Assembly: GCA_964488715.1 (NCBI GenBank)
Contig: CAZAVD010000002.1
Span: 7,093 to 49,477 of the forward strand
Length of the DNA: 42,385 nt
Direction of reading: 5' to 3'
From: an uncultured Gammaproteobacteria bacterium
Lineage (GTDB): Bacteria > Patescibacteriota > Patescibacteriia > UBA2196
Part shown: one piece after another, positions 1-4,809 of the stretch
Layout of the letters: each line of letters starts with the position of its first letter
How positions within the stretch are numbered: position 1 is the first letter of the stretch
Program-made: the position numbers and the translations under genes
Notes under the pieces: model-generated
What the model was told of the DNA's origin: nothing
Database searches by the model: none
The model's input: only the letters and a program-made list of their open reading frames with translations

Positions 1-91
1 CTGCTTTAACTTTTTTATTAAAAAACAAACCAGCGCTAAAAAGCGTGGTAAAAAGTATAAATATTAAGATAATATTGGTAGCTTTTTTCAT
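1..91 (-). CDS. N-terminal part of a signal-peptide/TM-anchored protein; 3' end outside window
   Basis: ATG at 91-89 on minus strand, then MKKATNIILIFILFTTLFSAGLFFNKKVKA, open to position 1. Confidence 0.4.
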   Translation of the reverse strand, partial: MKKATNIILIFILFTTLFSAGLFFNKKVKA

Positions 92-104
92 AATAAAAAT
101 TTCT

Positions 105-223
105 AAATTACAAATTACAATATCTAATAAAATTAAAAATATCTAATGTCTAATTTATTCAAAAAAATTATTAATTTATAATTTAGACATTTATTGGAAA
201 TTAGAAATTGTGATTTGTAATTT
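105..223. repeat. AT-rich heptad-unit inverted-repeat (MITE-like) element, copy 1
   Basis: Arm 105-128 AAATTACAAATTACAATATCTAAT vs reverse complement of 200-223 AAATTACAAATCACAATTTCTAAT (22/24); inner ATGTCTAA also mirrored; homologous element at 18171-18277; abuts stop codon at 224. Confidence 0.65.
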
Positions 224-880
224 TTATTGTCCTAAAACTTCTTTATAAATCTCCATCAAAGTATTATCATCAATCTCTATCAACTGCTCTTCTGTCATTT
301 GTCCAGAAGAACGCAGTAAATCCCGAATTTGCTCTGGACTTAAATTTATTAATTCATTCATTAAGTCACTTGGAATTTCTTGGTTGGCTCCTTGCTCCTG
401 CATGGAGCCGTCTTGTTCCAATAAACTTTCATCATAAGGCAAAATATTTTCTGGATTTACATTATTTTCATCTGGCAAATCAGATCCTCTACAATCCTGC
501 CCACTTGGACACAATGGATCATGATTAGAATCAATTTCTTCTTTATCTAAATATCCATCTGAATCTGTATCTGCTAAATATGCAGAAGTTTTGTAAATAT
601 ATATTTCATCATAATCTGTTAAGCCATCTTTATCAGTATCTAAATTTTGCAATTCAAGCAAATCTGTTACTAAATCCTGTTGTTGTGTTTCTGCGACTTC
701 ATTTCCTGTTCCAGTAAATTTATTATTATAAATATTTTTAGTTAAGTTTATAAAACCATAAATTAAAGTGCCTGTTCCTAAAAAAATTAATATACCAAAA
801 ACCAACTTTGGGGATATAAAGCTTTGCTTATTATTACTATATATATTATTAGTCATTTCTTGATTATTATTATTGTCCAC
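224..880 (-). CDS. N-terminally TM-anchored protein with thrombospondin type-3-like calcium-binding repeats
   Basis: TM helix FGILIFLGTGTLIYGFINL; DTDKDGLTDYDE and DTDSDGYLDKEE match the DxDxDGxxDxxE repeat. Confidence 0.75.
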   Translation of the reverse strand: MDNNNNQEMTNNIYSNNKQSFISPKLVFGILIFLGTGTLIYGFINLTKNIYNNKFTGTGNEVAETQQQDLVTDLLELQNLDTDKDGLTDYDEIYIYKTSAYLADTDSDGYLDKEEIDSNHDPLCPSGQDCRGSDLPDENNVNPENILPYDESLLEQDGSMQEQGANQEIPSDLMNELINLSPEQIRDLLRSSGQMTEEQLIEIDDNTLMEIYKEVLGQ

Positions 881-933
881 AGGTTTTTGCGCTTACTAAC
901 ATATAAATTATAGCATAAATATAACTAAAACCC

Positions 934-1039
934 AAAGTTCAAAATCCAAAATCCAAAAAAATATTAAAATTAAAATATTAAATATTTAAAATTTAGTATT
1001 TGATATTTTTTTGAACTTTGAGCTTTGGATTTTGAGCTT
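934..1039. repeat. Imperfect inverted repeat built of 7-nt units (CAAAATC/CAAAGTT) spanning the rsmA stop codon
   Basis: 934-963 AAAGTTCAAAATCCAAAATCCAAAAAAATAT vs reverse complement of 1003-1039; both arms end CAAAAAAATAT; right arm encodes the rsmA C-terminal tail. Confidence 0.45.
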
Positions 1040-1918
1040 ATAAATTAACTTTATCCAATCCTCTATTGATAATTCCTGTGCTCTAACTTTTCTATCTAAC
1101 CCTGCTTGAATTAAAATCTTTTCAGCTTCTAAAGCTGGAATTTTCAACCCTGCTGATAAATTATTTTTCAGCATTTTACGTTTAGCTGAAAAGCCTATCT
1201 TAACTATCTTAAAAAAAGTTTTATAATTTATATTATCATAATTATTTTTTATTTTTAATTTAATAACAGCACTATCAACATCAGGCTCTGGCCAAAAATT
1301 ACTTCTTGATACTTGCGCTACAATTTCACATTCTGCGTAAAATTGGCATAAAACAGATAAAATAGACATTTTGCCAGGCTTGTCCCGTCGCTCGCGAGCG
1401 ACGGGACTGGCAACTATTCTCTCTGCAACTTCTTTTTGAACCATTAAAACCATTAATTCTGGTTTATTTTTTTCTTCATGCAAAAACTTCCACAAAACTG
1501 GACTTGTAATCTGATATGGCAAGTTTGATATTATTTTGTAATCTTGAGTTTGGAATTTGAAATTTGGATTTTTTTTGGAAATTGTATCTTGGAAATTGAA
1601 AATTTTAAGTATATCATCATTGATTATTTCTATTTTTTTATTTTTATATTTTGTTAATTGAATTTTGAGTCTTGAATAAAGTTTCTTATCTTTTTCTACA
1701 ACAACTAAATTATCTGTATATTTTAATAATTCTTGAGTTAAAACTCCAAACCCTGGTCCAATTTCTAATATATTATCTTTCTCTGATAACTCCCCTGCTT
1801 TAACAATTTTATTTAATATATTTTTATTAATTAAAAAATTCTGACCTAGTTTTTTGCTAGGCCTAATATCTAATTTTTTACAAAGATTTTTGATTATATT
1901 GATATTAGTTAACTGCAT
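986..1918 (-). CDS. rsmA: 16S rRNA (adenine1518/1519-N6)-dimethyltransferase RsmA/KsgA
   Basis: GQNFL, SAM motif EIGPGFGVLT, NLPYQITSP. ORF-track N-terminus (1919-1960) overlaps the tRNA-like gene, so start placed at ATG 1918 (MQLTNINIIKNL). Confidence 0.9.
   Translation of the reverse strand: MQLTNINIIKNLCKKLDIRPSKKLGQNFLINKNILNKIVKAGELSEKDNILEIGPGFGVLTQELLKYTDNLVVVEKDKKLYSRLKIQLTKYKNKKIEIINDDILKIFNFQDTISKKNPNFKFQTQDYKIISNLPYQITSPVLWKFLHEEKNKPELMVLMVQKEVAERIVASPVARERRDKPGKMSILSVLCQFYAECEIVAQVSRSNFWPEPDVDSAVIKLKIKNNYDNINYKTFFKIVKIGFSAKRKMLKNNLSAGLKIPALEAEKILIQAGLDRKVRAQELSIEDWIKLIYKLKIQSSKFKKISNTKF
1382..1407. repeat. Perfect 26-bp GC-rich palindrome embedded in frame in rsmA
   Basis: GTCCCGTCGCTCGCGAGCGACGGGAC; translated as part of SPVARERRD. 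Confidence 0.9.
1549..1606. repeat. AT-rich heptad-unit element copy inside rsmA
   Basis: TTTGGAATTTGAAATTTGGATTTTTTTTGGAAATTGTATCTTGGAAATTGAAAATTTT; near-full match to reverse complement of intergenic 8772-8822. Confidence 0.8.
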
Positions 1919-1927
1919 AAAATAAAA

Positions 1928-2002
1928 TGGTGGACTTGACGGGAATCGAACCCGCGCCACTGCGTGTCAACGGCAATAATGCTACCATTACACCACAAGC
2001 CC
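1928..2002 (-). tRNA. tRNA-like gene, 75 nt with encoded CCA; isotype unresolved (anticodon arm non-canonical by hand folding)
   Basis: Acceptor GGGCTTG/CAAGTCC with G3:U70, A73, CCA; D arm TGGTGTAATGGTAGCA; T arm GCGGG-TTCGATT-CCCGT. Confidence 0.5.
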
Positions 2003-2021
2003 AAGTCCACCATATTTATTA

Positions 2022-2057
2022 TAAAACAAAAAGGACCCCTTTGAAAAGGTTCCTTTT
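2022..2057 (-). terminator. Rho-independent terminator-like hairpin plus T-run
   Basis: Minus strand AAAGGAACC-TTTTCAAA-GGGGTCCTTT followed by TTGTTTTAT. Confidence 0.55.
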
Positions 2058-2111
2058 GCTGACACGCAGTTTACTCATGAAATAAATGAGCATTACTACC
2101 GCATTAATTAA

Positions 2112-2139
2112 AGTATAACAAATTATAAGATTTTGTCAA
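2112..2139 (-). promoter_or_regulatory. Sigma70-like promoter TTGACA-16-TATACT
   Basis: Read on minus strand; TGTGGATAA (DnaA-box 9-mer, 2146-2154) lies 6 nt upstream of the -35. Confidence 0.5.
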
Positions 2140-2194
2140 ATAAAGTTATCCACATATAATTTAGTTAAAAAAACCAGTAAATTAAGTCTCGTAA

Positions 2195-2848
2195 TTACGG
2201 CGTAATTACGGCCACATCACCCTGCCTTAAAATATTAATTTTTTTGCCTTTAACTAAAATAATAGTTGAAGGTTTTTGTTTTTTTAATTCTCCAGCATCT
2301 AAAATTAAATCTGGCCTGCCCGCCATAGCCTGCGGCGTCAGGCGCTGGCAGGCGGGCTTATTTTTTTTATTTTTAAATTGTTTAACCACTGCGCTTGCGC
2401 TATAACATTCAGATTCTCCAGAAATATTAGCTGAAGTTGAAATTACAAATCCTCTCAAACTACTTGCTAAATTTCTAGCCAAATCATCTGAAGAAATTCT
2501 AACAGCAATTCTATTGTTGGCTCCTAGCTTTGCTTGGAGCCTATTTGTTGAGCCTTTTAATTTTAAAATTATTGTCAAAGCGCCTGGCCAATGTTTTTCA
2601 GCTAAATTTTTTTCTATTTTATTTAGATAAAAATATTTTTTTACAATATCAAAATTTTCAGCAATTAAAGGTAATGGTTTATTAAAATTCCTGCCTTTTA
2701 TTTTATAAATTTTATTTATTGCTTCTTTATTAAATGGATCACCTGCCAAACCATAAGCTGTTTCTGTTGGAAAAACAACAGTGCCATCTTTTAATAACAC
2801 ATCAATAGCAATATTTAAATTTTCTTGATTAACTTTTAAAACTTGCAT
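2195..2848 (-). CDS. tsaC: L-threonylcarbamoyladenylate synthase, YrdC/Sua5 family
   Basis: VFPTETAYGLAGDP, SANISG, PSTIILV motifs of the YrdC domain. Confidence 0.85.
   Translation of the reverse strand: MQVLKVNQENLNIAIDVLLKDGTVVFPTETAYGLAGDPFNKEAINKIYKIKGRNFNKPLPLIAENFDIVKKYFYLNKIEKNLAEKHWPGALTIILKLKGSTNRLQAKLGANNRIAVRISSDDLARNLASSLRGFVISTSANISGESECYSASAVVKQFKNKKNKPACQRLTPQAMAGRPDLILDAGELKKQKPSTIILVKGKKINILRQGDVAVITP
2311..2358. repeat. GC-rich hairpin-prone segment in frame in tsaC
   Basis: CTGGCCTGCCCGCCATAGCCTGCGGCGTCAGGCGCTGGCAGGCGGGCT; encodes PACQRLTPQAMAGRP in an otherwise AT-rich gene. Confidence 0.7.
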
Positions 2849-2849
2849 A

Positions 2850-4049
2850 TTATCTATTTGCCAGATAAAATTCTTCTTTAGAAATTAGATTTATAAAAAC
2901 AGAAACCACTGCGCCTAATATAAAAATCCAAACAATATTAATATTTAATGCTAATAAAATTAAAGCTAAAATTACCATAATAATTCTACCCCAGGTTAAA
3001 GCTGTTTCGCGCATAATAGTAAATTCATCAACATAATGTCCTTCATCAGCTGCAATTTCATACATTAAAGCATCAAATGGCGTACGCATTAATATGCCAG
3101 TAAAGTTATGATAAATCCCAACAAGAAAAATATGCAAACCTGATTCAATAATAGCCTTAAAAATCCAACCCAAACTATACAAAATGCTACCAGTACGCAT
3201 TAACTTTTTCTTATCAAACTTATCTGTTGCTTCACCAACAATATATCTAATCACGCATGAGACCAAAACAACTGCTGCAGAAATTAAACCTACTTGCATA
3301 TATTTTCCATCTAATAAGATAAAAATAAAAATTGGCCAGATTAAACAACCAATATAGTTTTGAAAACCATCAGCCATATATGCTAAATTAGTTTTAATAT
3401 GCTGACCATCAAAAAACTGTTTAAAAGTCTCAAAATATCCAAAACTATATTTTTCCCTTGTATGTGGAACAAAAAATAATGGGAAAATAGAAATAAATAA
3501 AACAACACTAGCTAATATATATAAAACAGAAAAACCAAATTTAGAAATAATAAAAGCAGAAAAAATTGGCAATAAAATTCCAATTAATGAAACAATAATA
3601 GCTAAAAAACTTATCTGTCGACCGCGATGATGTTTGTTGATAAATCGCGCAAAATCAACATGATATGGAATCCAGAAAAAAACTCTAAAAGTTGTTCCAA
3701 AAAAGATTAAACTTACAATTAATGGCCAGATTATTTCATTAGCTTGAGCTAGAAAATAAAAAATTAAAAAATAAACAATCAACAATAAATTGCCGATTAT
3801 CATAAAAAAATGCAAACTTTTGTATTTCATTATTTTAGCCCACAAAGGCATTGCTAAAATATAAAATAAATTTAAAGCACCATAAAAAATTAAAGCAAAT
3901 TTTAAACTCCCGCTTAAAGTATAAACAAAAATTGGACCAAACATTCCAATTATACTTACCCCTATATCACGGATAATTTTACCCATATATAGACTTCGCA
4001 AACCTAATGATAATTTTTCCATTTTTTGAATTTTAGAAAATATATTCAT
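2850..4049 (-). CDS. Polytopic membrane transporter, MFS-like (tentative)
   Basis: 399 aa, hydrophobic helices throughout; 1-nt gap to tsaC, 4-nt overlap with upstream HD gene. Confidence 0.6.
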   Translation of the reverse strand: MNIFSKIQKMEKLSLGLRSLYMGKIIRDIGVSIIGMFGPIFVYTLSGSLKFALIFYGALNLFYILAMPLWAKIMKYKSLHFFMIIGNLLLIVYFLIFYFLAQANEIIWPLIVSLIFFGTTFRVFFWIPYHVDFARFINKHHRGRQISFLAIIVSLIGILLPIFSAFIISKFGFSVLYILASVVLFISIFPLFFVPHTREKYSFGYFETFKQFFDGQHIKTNLAYMADGFQNYIGCLIWPIFIFILLDGKYMQVGLISAAVVLVSCVIRYIVGEATDKFDKKKLMRTGSILYSLGWIFKAIIESGLHIFLVGIYHNFTGILMRTPFDALMYEIAADEGHYVDEFTIMRETALTWGRIIMVILALILLALNINIVWIFILGAVVSVFINLISKEEFYLANR

Positions 4050-4636
4050 ATTTTAGAAGAAATCTCTAAATTTAAAAATTTATTTTTGTTTTTTGTTACA
4101 GCATTTAAAAATAATGGAACTAAAATTTTACTCACAAGCCTCCAATATAAAGATTTTTTTGCTAAATTCTTTGCATTATCTATTCTTCTAGAACTTATTC
4201 CATCTAAAAAATCAGCATCTTGAATTATTTTATTATACAAATTTCTCTTTCCATTTCTGTATCTAAAACTCATTAAAACATCATGATATAAAACTATATT
4301 TATAATAATTTTTAATTCACTTTTTTCTATTTCAACTTGTTTAAAATATTTTTTAATAAATTTAACACTTCTGCGTGCTTCTAAAAAATATTGAAATGGA
4401 CTTGCTTTATAAAAAGCATAGCTAATATCATGCCATGCGCAAGCTAGCCTTAAAATATTATTATTTATATTACTTGTCCCACTATAAACGGGATTATTTT
4501 CTAGTAATAATTTTTTAATTTTAAAAGCATTTTCTTCTACTCTTTGAATATGCGACCAATCATGATTCAAATCTTTAGTCTGTTGCATTAATTCTTTTGC
4601 TTTATTATATAAAAAATCAAATTGTTCTTGTGTCAT
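4046..4636 (-). CDS. HD-domain phosphohydrolase family protein
   Basis: DWSHIQRVE and CAWHDISY (H...HD signature). Confidence 0.7.
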   Translation of the reverse strand: MTQEQFDFLYNKAKELMQQTKDLNHDWSHIQRVEENAFKIKKLLLENNPVYSGTSNINNNILRLACAWHDISYAFYKASPFQYFLEARRSVKFIKKYFKQVEIEKSELKIIINIVLYHDVLMSFRYRNGKRNLYNKIIQDADFLDGISSRRIDNAKNLAKKSLYWRLVSKILVPLFLNAVTKNKNKFLNLEISSKI

Positions 4637-4695
4637 AAAATAATTATAGCATGAAAATCAAAAACTCGCCGAATCAGCGAATTAAATTAAAATCT

Positions 4696-4730
4696 GTTCC
4701 GAACTTTTAAGGCCGCTGGGAGTTCGGAAC
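4696..4730. repeat. Hairpin GTTCCGAACT-N15-AGTTCGGAAC
   Basis: 10-bp stem; related to the stem of the hairpin at 4766-4804 (GTTYCGAAC). Confidence 0.6.
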
Positions 4731-4765
4731 TTTTTAAGAAATTAAAATCTCTAGACTTGTAAAAA

Positions 4766-4804
4766 GTTTCGAACAGTCCGGCATACGCCGGCCAAGTTCG
4801 AAAC
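4766..4804 (-). terminator. leuS terminator hairpin
   Basis: GTTTCGAAC...CCGGC-ATAC-GCCGG...GTTCGAAAC; on minus strand followed by TTTTTAC, 5 nt after the leuS stop. Confidence 0.6.
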
Positions 4805-4809
4805 AGAAC

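Noticed and set aside
1919-1960. The ORF-track N-terminal extension of rsmA (MARVRFPSSPPFYF).
   Set aside because: It is a translation of the tRNA-like gene on the same strand. The ATG at 1918 gives a normal RsmA N-terminus.
2146-2154. Perfect DnaA-box 9-mers TTATCCACA/TGTGGATAA at 2146-2154, 25367-25375 and 33924-33932, with near matches at 21680-21688 and 21714-21722. They might mark oriC.
   Set aside because: They are single, widely separated boxes with no cluster, no adjacent AT-rich unwinding element pattern and no dnaA/dnaN nearby. Three hits are slightly more than my rough expectation of about 0.5, and all are intergenic, so a promoter-associated role cannot be excluded. An origin is not supported.
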